DNA of 64,000 nucleotides from Octopus bimaculoides (GCF_001194135.2 NC_068984.1:34451621-34515620); one strand, 5' to 3'; shown: positions 40,701 through 53,882, counted from the stretch's first letter. Program-made: numbers and translations. Notes: a model not told the origin generated them from the sequence alone.

Positions 40701-41650
40701 ATGTTATCAAAGCAAAGAATACATAGCAATACTAGTGTTAAAATACTGTACACTTTTTCTACAATAGACGAAGTTAGACTTACAGCAATTCGACAGAAGA
40801 AATTGGAAGTTGCTCAAAATGCACAACAAGCATCATCCAAACAGTTATATCAACATTTTCTACCTACCAAGAAGAGAAAGAGGACGATACAGTGCTCCCA
40901 TATTTAGTCTTAAAATCTTTGCTACGCTTAATAGAGAAACAGTACTGTTTATAGACGAAAACATCCCAAAGTCGTTGAAACTCTAGGAGAATCCAGGACA
41001 AAAGGAAGAACTACCGCATAAATATTTGGAAATGCATGGAAGCAAATGGCTAATTTATGCAGCAAATCACAGAAGTTGGAAATAAAGTGTCTAATCTGTG
41101 AATGTCAAATTGAAATCTGAAAACACCGAATCGATAATTACAGCCGCTCGTGAACACGCCATTAGAACGACCTTTAGGAAGACTAAGGTTTTTAAAATTA
41201 TGTTAGAGTCTGTATGAGGAATCTTTGAAAAAAGAAACGAAAGTATTAACCGTCTCTTAATACAATAAGCTATAGCACATAAATAGGGTATGAATGTGCC
41301 GGTAAAAGCAAAGAATATACCAGGATGTTAGAGAAGTGTTAGCTCACACACAAACACACACACAGTTTACTGTGCCGTTAATTTAAGAACAACAAGAATG
41401 GGGAAGAAACTATAATTTTCTTTCATTTCTATCCTTTAGTTTTTCCGTTTTTATTCGCTGATTTTGAAATACAGCATAACATGTGCTCAGAGTATGATAT
41501 GTTTGGAGACACAAAACAGGTTGTCAAAAGCACGTATATATATATATATATATATATATATATNNNNNNNNNNNNNNNNNNNNNNNNNNNNNNNNNNNNN
41601 NNNNNNNNNNNNNNNNNNNNNNNNNNNNNNATGGTATATATATATATAGA

Positions 41651-41812
41651 TATACCGGAGTAAGCACATAAAATGCGCAACAAGGTGGAAAAAGAGTACT
41701 CAAATACCAGAGGTAGAGTAATATGCTTTATTTAAATGCAGCAGAAATATAACAAAAGACTGCTACTCGGAGTTTCACGTTCCCGTTCATTGGACAGTTT
41801 TTCTAACAAAGG
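41651..41812 (-). mobile_element. Penelope-like element terminal repeat (pLTR) fragment
   Basis: The minus strand has a hammerhead-like motif (41803-41754), then AATAAA (plus-strand tttatt 41727-41732), and ends in a (TA)n tract. Hammerheads in Penelope pLTRs are established; family assignment is inference. Confidence 0.6.
41754..41803 (-). ncRNA. Degenerate minimal type I hammerhead ribozyme motif
   Basis: Minus strand gaaaaactgt-ccaatga-acg ggaa cgt-gaa-a c t ccg a g t-a-gcagtctttt folds by hand into stem I, core, stem II, GAAA, stem III and the GUA cleavage triplet; the core differs from CUGANGA at two positions. Confidence 0.6.
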
Positions 41813-41899
41813 TCTTACATAAAGGATGAATTTCCTATTATATATTAAGCAAATGTATGTATTAAATTATATCAAAATATCCACATTCGGCTTGACTTT

Positions 41900-42605
41900 A
41901 TTTGTACACCTGACACGACTCATTGCTAGTACAAACTAGCCGGTCAAGACTTCAGTTACTCGAACACTCCGACAACGATTTGTAGTGTTTTGCAAAATGT
42001 CTGTCAATGTTGTTGCTGGCTGATCACTATGAAAAGCTTTGAAGCGCCTCATTTTCATTCGAGAAATAGCTGGCGATCTTCAATATGTATTGTAAATTGT
42101 TTGACTATTGGTAAATGTTCTGGGATTGCTTCTTTGAACATTCTTCAAGGAACTAGAAAAATTTTAATATAACATTTGTTCTGAGACTTTTATCTCGTCG
42201 ACAGCGTAATTAATATCATCGAAGTATCATGTCTGCTCCATCTCTTCTTTTAGCAAATATTTTGTAATATATTTCACACTCTAAGTACGAGAGTATGTTT
42301 TATGTTTGATCTGGTACTCAATTTGGTGACGAAGTAATGGTTTGTAAGAAAATCCCATTGGTTGGTAAACCCCAGCTTCGCATATCCCATCCTCGGTTTG
42401 GCAGCAGCAACATTAGGATAGCCATCCTCCCCTTGTTCCGTGTAGCGGAAATAACTCTGCAAAGTACTTGGAGCAGATTTAATTCTCCTGTAGTCCTTAT
42501 GCAAAGAATACATTGCTGAAAGGTATATACAGACCATGTGATATGGTTGTCATGTGCAACTGAAAGTCCCTATTCTCGTCGGGAGTTTTTGCTCTTATGA
42601 TCTAT
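41900..42605 (-). mobile_element. Decayed Helitron Rep-domain region
   Basis: Minus-strand pieces IRAKTPDENRDFQL...SHG, ICSKYFAELF, TEQGEDGYP, FTNQWDFLTNHYFVTKLSTRSNIKH, SVKYITKY, DEIK, RMFKEAIPEHLPIVKQFTIHIEDRQ and PATTLT follow, in order, the Helitron RepHel motifs ISAEIPD, MxHG, CSKxFP, GDDGYP, DNRWxVPYNPYL, SIKYxxKY, DEI, RIFxFxIHE, TTLT. Confidence 0.75.
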
Positions 42606-42889
42606 CATTAAAATTCCCATGACCACCACCCCCCAAGTGCTACCCATTGATATCTGCATTAGATAAGAACGCATCCTGGTATGGGACCGTGAAATGGATG
42701 ACTTGCATAATCTCAAAGGTAAATGTTTTTCAGAAAGTTCATAATTTACTTCAGTGTAGGGCCAAATCCCTCGAGAAATGAAATTAGATCTATCATGTAC
42801 TTATCAACATAGCAGAAAACTTTGTGTAATCTCATTCCATTTTGGTTTGCAGGTCACTCTTCTTATGAAGTAATAGGGTTTTCCTATGA

Positions 42890-43215
42890 GGTGAACGTAT
42901 GCTATGACATCACACTGTGTTGCAAGTATCTATCGTGGGCCACTTAGTTTATTTCCTGAGGTCTCTACAAAAGTGATTCTGTTTTCTTACAAAAAACTTC
43001 CATACGTATTCACAAACAGTAAGCTCACCTTCAAGTTTAGGCATCTCAAATTTCCTAACATGATACATTTTGCTACGACTTATAATAAGGTGCAAGAACA
43101 GGCCGTTAAAACAATTGGCTTGAAGTTCTTTGTTTCGTGTTTTTCTATGAACAATTATGTGGTGCGATTCCAAAACTTGGGATGTCGAAAAATTATCATC
43201 TCTCTAATATAACTG
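42890..43215 (+). mobile_element. Decayed Helitron PIF1-type helicase C-terminal region
   Basis: ORF 42904-43212 contains LTFKFRHLKFPNMIHFATTYNKVQEQAVKTIGLKFFVSCFS, matching the Helitron helicase motif LPFxFKRLQFPVRxxFAMTINKxQGQTLxxxGLxLxxPCFS; upstream MTSHCVASIYRGP resembles xMxNxIEATILTG. Confidence 0.75.
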
Positions 43216-45789
43216 AAGAAGAAATGTTAATTAGTAAGAGGATTTGTCGGATTAACGATATTTCTGCATGATGGAAACCAATTAAATTAGTAAGTTGGTC
43301 CATTAAAATTAAAGTTATATGATGTAATATATAAATAAAACATTTGTGCAACGTGGTTTAATTCCACTTTCAATTAGATGCAGCTAAAAATTAATGTTTT
43401 GCCTGGGTATCTAATTAGATACCTAAGTTATGTGTGTGTGGGGGGGAGTGTGTGTGCGTGTGTATGCGCGTGCGAGCATGCGTCTTAGTGCGTGTACATA
43501 TGTCTGCATGCATATATACACATATACATATTTATATATGCATATACACACAGACGCACACAGACACACCCACCTATACATACCTACACAGACATTCACA
43601 CACATACATATGTACGTAGCATACGGTTGCAACCGAGTATGGCGTTTTTACATAAAAACATTTGTGTAAAAAATAAAAGGAAGTTTTCAACATTTCCTGT
43701 TAAAGATCCTACATATTCTCTGGGGGAATTTAAGTAAAAATATTATTTTGAAAAGCGTCTAAATATGCATTTTTTTTTTTATGATAAATTGATTTTTTCC
43801 TTAGTTTCTATAATAAATTACAACCGCAAAAACTTGACTAGCCGACACTAAAAACCATTTTTCTCCATCAATAATTACACATCACTAATTTTACTAGTGA
43901 TGTTGAATAAATTCTCACTTGCACATTTCTAATCACACATCCTTAATTACAGCATCGATTCCTTAGCAAACCAGCATTTCCATATTCTTTAATTAGGTGT
44001 ACCTTAATTAACGCAACCCTAATTAGTCATCACTAATAACTACACACATATATCTAATTAAAAATCTCTAATTACATATTCTTTATTGTGTATCCTTAAT
44101 TACACGTCATATGCCAGTGCTCACCTATCTTCAACACGTAATTGAGCAGGTTATAATGGGTTCCTAAGTGTACGTCAACTTAGATGTTGTCTAGCCTTGA
44201 CAAGAGCGTTAAGTATTCACATAAGACCTGAAAATGTATATTTCATTTAGTTCAAAACTATTGTTGTCCCATGCACGGGAACTCATAATACGCTATATAT
44301 GAATTACATCAAAGCCATTCATTACAATATATAATATGCGGATACGTGAACCCGACTGGACGAGTTTGTGGCACTCTTGTATTCGATCATATTTCGATTC
44401 TCCGATTAAGCGCTGCCTTGTTCACTTGAGCAATGTGTTTAATTTCGCGATGCTCTATTTCGCACAACTTAAAATTACTTCCGGTGGTATCTGGGAGTAG
44501 GCTTCCTCAATGGTGGACTTGCGTACCATTTAAAATGTGCCCCGTAGTCCCTGACAAAGGGTAATCAATAAATCTCTGCATTTGATTATCTGTACGTCAT
44601 TAAATTTTTACGTGTTTAATTGACCTGCAAAGAGTAACAAATAAATCCCGTTGTTTATTATAAAATCAAAGAATATATTGTATAATATAATGAGTGATTC
44701 ATTGTATTCTAAAACGACTTGAAGTTCAAGGCTGGGTGATATCTGGCCAGAGACCTCGTTCCACTTATATCTGACTTCTGTTTGAATAGCCACAACAATA
44801 ATAGCAACAACAACAACAAAAGCAATAAGAGAATCACCTGTTTGGCTTTATGTCACATAATATGGACTTTTTTGGGGTGGGGGAAATCCTTTTATCTTGT
44901 GTTCATAAAGTGACATCTCGTTGAATTCCACGAGGCGATTTTAAAGTTCTCTCCTTCTGCTATATTATGAGATTTTTGATCAACATAATTTCGGCTGCAA
45001 GCATTCCTTCTTCTAGAAGACCTTCATCTAAATTGCCAGATTCTAATTTAGGGCATTTCGGTGCAGAGCGTCTATGGAGTGCTTCCACATTGAGAAACAT
45101 AGCTAAATGCATGCTGAACAAATGAACTCACCATCTATGTGAAGATATTACAATACTGTAATCAATCAAATACAAAGTTATTTCTTACTATTTAACTGAT
45201 ATTATTTAACTCCAAGTTATCCCAATGTGAGTGGATTATGACCAAAATTATGATAAGTGTGGCTATTTCGTCTTTTAATTTCTAGTTAATATCGGAACAC
45301 AATATTTATAAGTCTTGTTTCTTTGAAGAAGGTAACATTTGATTTGTGAAAGGTACTCGCTGCTATTCTCTGCCAGACCAATGACCAAGTACGAGCACCC
45401 GTAAGAACTCGAATTACTGTATTTCCGTCGAAGATGTCTTGTTTCCTTTTTCTTTCTGTTTCTCTTTCCTTGGACGCGCACGCACACACATACACACAAA
45501 CACAAACATACACACAAAAACACACTCACACACGCACGCACGCACACACAGATCACAATGATCAAAGTAGCCAGAAATATCATATGTAAGCATATCGTCA
45601 TTTAGGGTGTTAAAATATATTTATGCTAGTAAATATCGATGTTAACGTCGAGTGAAGTCGAGGGAAGCGTCATCATCAAAATCATGTACACGAATTCTTT
45701 GACTTATCTTTAAACTTAATTCATTCAATCATATAGCATCAAAGATGTTTACACGAGAAAAGACTACACAATTAATTCGATGTAGCCAC

Positions 45790-46618
45790 AACAGAAATTC
45801 CTGGAAGAAATAAGTAGGATTGGCTGATGAAAGGAAGCCTTAAAAAAAGACCCGAGAGCACTATACTGGTAGCGCACGACCAAGCTTAGGCAACGAACTG
45901 GAGGGTCAAACTTAGGAATGAGCAAGTGTTTCTGCAGTGCCGTATCTGCAATAGAGTAGATGAAACCTATATCAGGAATGAATGCCCAAGACATGCCCCA
46001 AACCACTACAAGTTGAGCCGACACGACCAGGTAGCGAAATTGCTACACTGGAAACTGTGCGATAAGTAGAGGCTAGAGAGGGCCAAGACGTGGTGTGAGC
46101 CCAAACCGCACAGGGTGGCAGAGTCGGGGACTAGCAAATTCCTCTGAGGTTTCCCAATCTAAACAGATCAGGTGATAGAGCATAACAGACCGGACCAATG
46201 TGGTCGACAAGGGGCACCGCATATGCTATATAGTTGATGTTGCATGCCCCTTTGGCCCACGAATGGTCAAGAGGGAAGGACAAAAAGATAGATACATACA
46301 ACCCTCTTATGTACGAAATAACCCGGCTATGGGAAAGGAAGAAAGTTAAAATAGTGCCAATTATTGTTGGGTCCTTTGGAACTGTATTAGGAGTCAACAA
46401 GAGGAATATAAAGGAAATTGGAATAGAATGCCCAGTAGTGTTACAAAGTGTTACAAAGTTTTGCCTACTTGGCACGACCAGTATAATCAGGAAAGTATTA
46501 GATAGCTGAAAAGATCGGATAGCATGGTACTTGTAAGCTGCAGGTAGTAAACCCGCTACGCATGCAAGACTCCAGGAGCTCCAACAAAACATGTGAGAAA
46601 CAGAATAATAATAATAAT
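45790..46618 (+). mobile_element. 5'-truncated 3' end of an R4/Dong-like element (linker, CCHC remnant, RLE, 3'UTR, (TAA)n tail)
   Basis: WLMKGSLKKRPESTILVAHDQA*ATNW...CRICNRVDETYIRNECP...RHDQVAKLLHWKLC...TDQVIEHNRPD...IVDVACPF...RLWERKKVKIVPIIVGSFG...LLGTTSIIRKVLDS* (stop 46507-46509), then ~95-nt UTR and aataataataataat at 46604-46618. Confidence 0.9.
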
Positions 46619-46620
46619 AC

Positions 46621-46830
46621 TTTCTACTATAGGTACAAAGGCCTCAAATTTGGGAAAAGGGGATAGTCGATTACATTGAACCCATTGGTACTTTGGTACT
46701 TAATCTACCGACCCCGAATGAATGCAAGGTAAACTCGACCTCGGTAGAATTCAAACTCACAACATAAAGACAGATAAAATACCGCTAAGCATTTCACCTG
46801 GCATGCTAACCTTTCTGCCAGCTCGCTGCC
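46621..46830 (-). mobile_element. tRNA-derived SINE, head related to the first family, older copy
   Basis: The reverse complement starts ggcagcgagctggcagaaaggttagcatgccaggtgaaatgcttagcggtatttt...gagtttgaattctaccgaggtcgagtttacc, aligning to 25017-25160. Confidence 0.8.
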
Positions 46831-47365
46831 ATTACCACTTTTAATAATGATCATAGTGCAATCGTTTAAGAGAATATTATTTTACAGTATTTGGACACCT
46901 TTCTCTGAAATGCATCATTGCTAATAATAAATAGCACCCAGAGAAAAACGTCCAAATGGCTATTTGCTGAGGATATACAGCGATATTTGGAACAGCTTGT
47001 ATACAACAAAACTACAGCAACTCAGAAAGAATATTAATAGTTTCGAATTTGAGAACAAAAGCAGCATTTTACATCGATCCCAGTACTTGGATGGTACCTT
47101 TTTATGGACTCTGAAAGGATGAAAGAAAGTAACATGGCCATGTCTTTCCATCTATTTTGAAGTTGACCTATATAACCAAAATCAAACACTCATACATATC
47201 CACGTTCTTACACACACACACATATTCATAGATATACACACACACACACAAATATATATATACATATATACAAACATATATGTACCGCAGAATCCTTTGT
47301 ATTTTTGTTGTTATTTTTTTGATTTACAATTTATTTTATATATATATATATACAGACAGACCGAC

Positions 47366-47407
<42 letters not shown>

Positions 47408-48471
47408 NNNNNNNNNNNNNNNNNNNNNNNNNNNNNNNNNNNNNNNNNNNNNNNNNNNNNNNNNNNNNNNNNNNNNNNNNNNNNNNNNNNNNNNNNNNNN
47501 NNNNNNNNNNNNNNNNNNNNNNNNNNNNNNNNNNNNNNNNNNNNNNNNNNNNNNNNNNNNNNNNNNNNNNNNNNNNNNNNNNNNNNNNNNNNNNNNNNNN
47601 NNNNNNNNNNNNNNNNNNNNNNNNNNNNNNNNNNNNNNNNNNNNNNNNNNNNNNNNNNNNNNNATATATATATATATATATACAGACAGACCGACATATA
47701 TATATATATGTATATATACGTATACTGATGTATGTATTCTCATCTACAAAGAATTTCTAAATCTATATTTATATTCACTTCATTCTGTCTCAACTTCCCT
47801 GAGAATATGGGTACGTGTATATCCATATGAGACATTAAGTACTTCGGAACCGAGTTAAATTATGCTAAATAATTAAAGAAGTTAAATGATATCTCATTTC
47901 TATAGTTCACCAAGTCGTATATGTAGAAAATAGCTCTAATAATTTTAAAATACACAGTACTCTTCATACAACAGTAAAATACATTAAAAGCATGAAACTC
48001 TGAAAATACTCCAGGCACAAACAGCTACGCCATATGTGCTGCAGAAGCATGCCATAACAATGTGCTCAAAAAAGAAAACCTAAACTAATGAGAAAACATA
48101 AATATATAATATTTCGTTTCTTAATAAACAGGCTGTTGCATATATATCTACGTATGTGAGTATGTATGTATGTCTGCATGCAAGTATGTATGTATGTACG
48201 TGGGAGTATGTGTCTTTCTGCGAATGAATGCTTTTTGTATGTGTGTATATTAATATTTGCGTATGTGCCGACTCATTTGCGTGTGTATGCATATATATGT
48301 ATGCATACATTTTTGTCTGTCTATCTATCTACCTATCTATCTATATGTGTGTGTTTGTGTTTGTATGTGTGCGTGTGTACGCATGCACGAATTTGTGCTT
48401 TTGTGCATGCGTATACTTGTATCTGTGAGCATTTATACAAGTGCATATACATCACCCTCTCTCTCACTCTG

Positions 48472-48524
<53 letters not shown>

Positions 48525-48550
48525 GTCTATTTATCTATTTGTCTATACAA

Positions 48551-48593
<43 letters not shown>

Positions 48594-51282
48594 CATATAT
48601 ATGTGCATATGTATGTGCAGGTGTACTGGCGCGTGTATGTAAGCATATAAATCATATTTTAATCATGTAACATGCAATCATCTATCAACAATCAAAGCAG
48701 AGCAGAAACAACGGCAAACTTACAAATCGCTCCTAGTTATTCGTGCTAATATGTTATATGTATTTAATATACCTAGCTCTATACTACATTATAAGAGTCA
48801 ACCTTAAAAATTTCGCTATGTTAGCATTAAAATCAAGTAGTAATTTAAACTTAATACTTATCTTCACATGTCTAATATCAAACAATTGAAAATACGTGTA
48901 TCCAACCGCACTGAATATAGCATATTCATGCAACTTTGCGCATTGGTTTTTGTGCATGTTTGTGTGCAATTGGAATTCCACGTTTAAGTTGATGATGCTA
49001 TAGTGTGATACTGGGAAATACTTCTCCTCTCACACTAAAATATCATTGCTAAATATAATTAATGTAGAGTAACTATTGGAAGCCTTAATAGGAAACTTTA
49101 GATAAATTGATTATATATGCTGAAAGCATTCTATCAAGCACGTAACACCAAACGTACAGATAACGTTTAATTGCAAGGCGCATGTCGCGATGCAAATTTA
49201 TATATTAAATCAAAACATCTCGCTTATTTATAGAATTAATGAGACAAACTAACATGCCAGCATCCGTCCTATCTCTTTCATTATCTCAATCTTACTCTGT
49301 ATCTATTATATAGATATACATACGAATATACATAAATACGTACGACACATAAATATATTCAAACATATACAGCAAGCATACATGTATATGCGTGCGTTTG
49401 TGTATATGTGTACGTGTCTATGTATACAGAGAGGGAGAGGAAGAGAGAGAAAGAGAGAAAGTATGAGGTAGATGGATGGATATATGCACATGCACACACG
49501 CATTCAAGGTTTATAATTTGATGTTGTATATACACCATATACTGTGATTACACACAAGTATGTACACACTCTCAAATACATATCCTTGGATGCAATTATT
49601 GTTAGACCTTCGCTTGAAGTCTACGTGAGTTCTCTACAAATGCTCACCACACGTATATTAATATTCCTTATTCAAAATCATAATTTCATAAATGAAATAT
49701 CAATTACCATACTGAAGCCTTCACTGTGCTAGTGTTGTCCAGTACGTTAATTCCCCAGAGTTATGTTACAGTAACTTTGTACTCTAATATGTGGTTAGAT
49801 TGTCAAGAAATGTTTAGTTAGGTTCAACACTCACAGGCCTCAAAGAAAATCGCGCCGATTTTACACTGATGCTCACTTTCTTTATAATGGTATGTATATG
49901 GACAGCTTGAGAATGTGTTTGTGTGTGTTTGGTGAATATATGCGTGCGGGGGTGCGTCTGTGTATANNNNNNNNNNNNNNNNNNNNNNNNNNNNNNNNNN
50001 NNNNNNNNNNNNNNNNNNNNNNNNNNNNNNNNNNNNNNNNNNNNATATATATATATATATATATATATACAGTATATATGTAAATTTAAATATACGTGTG
50101 TGTGTGTGTGTGTGTTGCTCTCCAGTATTTCAAATCATGCGAAAGACCGTAAAACGTGATCTATATATGAATTAACTGTACAGCATTTATGAAGTGCTGC
50201 CTTCTTTCGCAATTTTTAATGTATAGATATATAATATCGAATTTTGTGAATCATAGCGTCACTACTTGCGGAATTGTAAACTAAGTAATCAGAGGCTCAC
50301 TTCATCTTGAGTTAGACACTATGGAAAACAAATCTGAAACAAATACTCTGTTGTCCAACCTTCGAAATTACCATCAATTATTTGGGTTATTTCAGAAAAA
50401 TTAGACCGATAAATTTTGTGGAATCTTCTATCCTTCCACGTCTCACATTTCATTGTTCTGAAACTGCCTGTTTTCAGGGAAATCTGTTTATACATAGCGT
50501 GAATCACCTCCACAAATATCTTATTCCATTCCACTAGTTTCTAGACCACGCACACATACATGGTTACTAAGTGCATATTGTCTATTCTACAGGTAATTCC
50601 AAACAATCTTAATTAAGAAAAATAATATGACATAATCTCTTAAAATCGCTATATTAAATGTCTTTTAAATCATTCTGAAACATGACTCCCCGCCATCACC
50701 CATGCCGATGTAGCATCTCTCGAGCTAAACCATTCTATCTTTGTCTCCCATATTTTTTCTACCTCTTCTTCCCCACTCTCTCAAGGGAGCTAGTTTGATT
50801 TTGAAAACATGATCACAGTGGCTCATCACAAAGAATGTTTTCTCTACTTAATGTCATATGATTTTCAATTCTAACATGAAAAGGAGGATACGAATGAAAT
50901 TAACTAAATTCTCCTCGAGAATCACGAATCTCTTCCCCTCAGTAACGACCATTATTTCCACTTTCACAAATCTAGATATATTGGGCAGCCATGTGTATGT
51001 TAACCCTTTTAAAAAAATGATGAAATTAATGTTCTTACTCTCAAGATGACCAACATGTTTAACTGGCGCGCGAATTTATTGCCAACTCTCTCCATGTATG
51101 GGCTTAAACTATCTTTCCTTTCTGGAACCATTCGCTTCCCAAGTAGCACTACCGTTAAATAGGTCGAATGAATGTCCTCTGACCTTGTGTAACTCAATTT
51201 TTATACGGGCGTATACACATATACACACGCGGGAATAAAACGTTTTCTAATCTTGTTTGTTGCATCTTTTTTACATATTTAT

Positions 51283-51673
51283 GGTGGAGGCGCAATGGCC
51301 CAGTGGTTAGGGCAGCGGACTCGCGGTCGTAGCACCGCGGTTTAGATTCCCAGACCGCGCGTTGTGAGTGTTTATTGAGCAAAACAACTAAAGTTCCACG
51401 GGGCCCCGGCAGGGGTGGGGTGACGAACCCTGCTGTACTCTTTAACCACAACTTTCCCTCACTCTTTCTTCCTGTTTCTGTTGTACATGTATTTCAAAAG
51501 GGCCAACCTTGTCACACACTGTGTCACGCTGAATCTCCCCGAGAAGTACGTTAAAGGTACACGTCTGTGGAGTGCTCAGCCACTTGCACGTTAATTTCAC
51601 GAGCAGGCTGTTCCGCTGATCGGGTCAACTGGAACCCTCGTCGTCGTAACCGACAGAGTGCCAACCGTCAACC
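51283..51673 (+). mobile_element. Full-length tRNA-derived SINE (third family) with ~10-bp TSD
   Basis: Highly similar to 9364-9747; A/B-box-like motifs; flanks acatatttat (51273-51282) / acatatatat (51674-51683). Confidence 0.9.
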
Positions 51674-53851
51674 ACATATATATGACTACAGTCTTAAATA
51701 TTTCCTTACTTTTCTGAAACTATATGAAGCAATTTCGATGTCAACAGGTTATGTGACTGTAAATATAAAACGTGTAGTTGCTTGTGTGGGGATATATTAC
51801 TGAGACAAATGACAAGATGGGCGTTTGACGTCTTCCAGCTTGCCAATGTTTTATACATTCGTATAAAAAATATTATGCACGTGTGATTATGACTACAATT
51901 TTTATTGTCTCTGTCCACTAATCGTGCACAAAGATCAATTGAATTATAGCATATAGAAAGAAACTGGAGTGGTGTTACAGCGAACTATAAGCCACGGGCG
52001 AGAAATTATGCACGATGCCTTTTACCACACACACACATACACACAAACACACACACACACATAACCTTCCTTCTATATTTATATTCATATAACATCAAAT
52101 CTGCATTTTTTTTGTGATGGCGATAAATCTCTGTAAGACATATTGAATTTGCAGACTTAGAAAGGAATTTCCTCAAAACTCTATTTTTTATACACCTGAT
52201 ATTTTCATATCTTGAGAATTATTATGCATTATTTTGAGGGCAAAAATAAACAATCTTAATTAAGAAAAATAATATATGACATAATCTCTTAAACCGCTAT
52301 ATTATTACATATTCATTACGTCACAAAAGCTTAGAGTTTATATAATTTAATGTAAAATATAGCACAACTATTGTAGTAATGACGTGCAGTAGAAATTATA
52401 GTTGTGTCAGTTCATATACATGTGTGCGTCTATGCGTATTTGTGTGTTTGATAATGTGTTCGGGTGTGTGTGCTTGCGCGTGCGTGTATATGTGTGTCAA
52501 GAGTCTTACGATTGATAGAAAGGTGTGTATAATAGTTTATGCCTTCTATTCAGTGCCATGTTGAAGTTAACGTTTCTTTAAAGTGTTATATACTTATACT
52601 GTAGCTTTATACTATTACAGATTATTTAAATTATCGTTGTATGGATCTGCACTTTAAAGTCTCCAGTTGTAAAGTTGTGGTATATAATTATATGTGCATG
52701 TGTGTAATATCTGTCTAGTCTAAACTAAACAAGTAATCGAAACAATTCGGATCAATGCAATATTTATGGTGAGTTAGATTCAGCAATTATCATAGATATA
52801 TATATATATATATATGAATCAAGTTCATATATATATGAACTCTAACTCTCTAACTCTCTAACTTCCTTGACATTTCATTTTATCGGTTCCAGAAAGAACG
52901 AAATTTGAAGTCCATCTTAGCAGGACTGATCTCAGAATGTAACATGTTATAGCCAAATAGCACAAATTATATTGTTTTGTGATCATACGAGTCGGCCAAT
53001 TACTTTTTAGACATAGTATTGATTTCCAAATTAAGACGAGGTTCCATACCTTGAATAAACAAACGACCTTAGTACATGATTTTGTTTTTTTGTCATTTTA
53101 TTCACAATTTCAGAAAGTAGAAAGTAAAAGTTTTCGCTGGTGGGATTTGATACAAGAACGTAGAGACATAACTAAATTCCGTAAAGCATTTGTCTGTCAC
53201 GCTGCCAATTCATCACTTCTTCCGTTCTAACATAATAATAATGACACTAAATACAACCATCATAATAGAATGAGAAATCACGGACAGACGTGCTGCTACG
53301 GAGAAAGAGTTGAATAATAGGCTAGCTACTACCGGAAAGCGAACGTTCTGACAGATGAGGCCAATGACATTTCAGCGAATACAATGACAAGTCACATGAA
53401 AAAATCAAAATCCAGTAGAACATGCTATAACTCAACTCTCTTTTCAGTCTTTTATTCGGTTGAAGATGACGGATATCTTGACGTTTTTTTTTCTCTTCTT
53501 CTCTTGCTCTGTCCAGAAAGACATTTGCTAAGACCTTTTGACCCCTCCTTTATATTCATTGAATTTACCGAGGCGAAATCTTTAGAGAACAACCCGGTAA
53601 TACGTTATATATTAAATTCACCTATAGATGACCTCGTACCAGGTCGCATTGCTATCGATTGTTATAACCCGATATTATCATTTATCTCCATCGCAGAGAT
53701 ATCTTCGTCAATAGGTTTTATGATGTTTGTGTCCATCGTGGAATTGAAACTATGCATCCATAGAAAATTTTAGTCTCAATAATCTAGATATCTCGTATTA
53801 TTCAATTATTGAGGTTTCCTTAATCCCCCAACACAAACACCATTGAATAAT

Positions 53852-53882
<31 letters not shown>

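Noticed and set aside
40277-40753. 158-aa hydrophobic minus-strand ORF that looks like a membrane receptor
   Set aside because: It is the antisense of the A-rich R4-like RLE relic on the plus strand, whose motifs are recognisable; A-rich sense DNA gives F/L/I-rich antisense frames.
53384-53773. 129-aa non-repeat ORF
   Set aside because: No recognisable motif, Kozak or splice context; the opposite strand is similarly near-open, suggesting a decayed repeat or chance.
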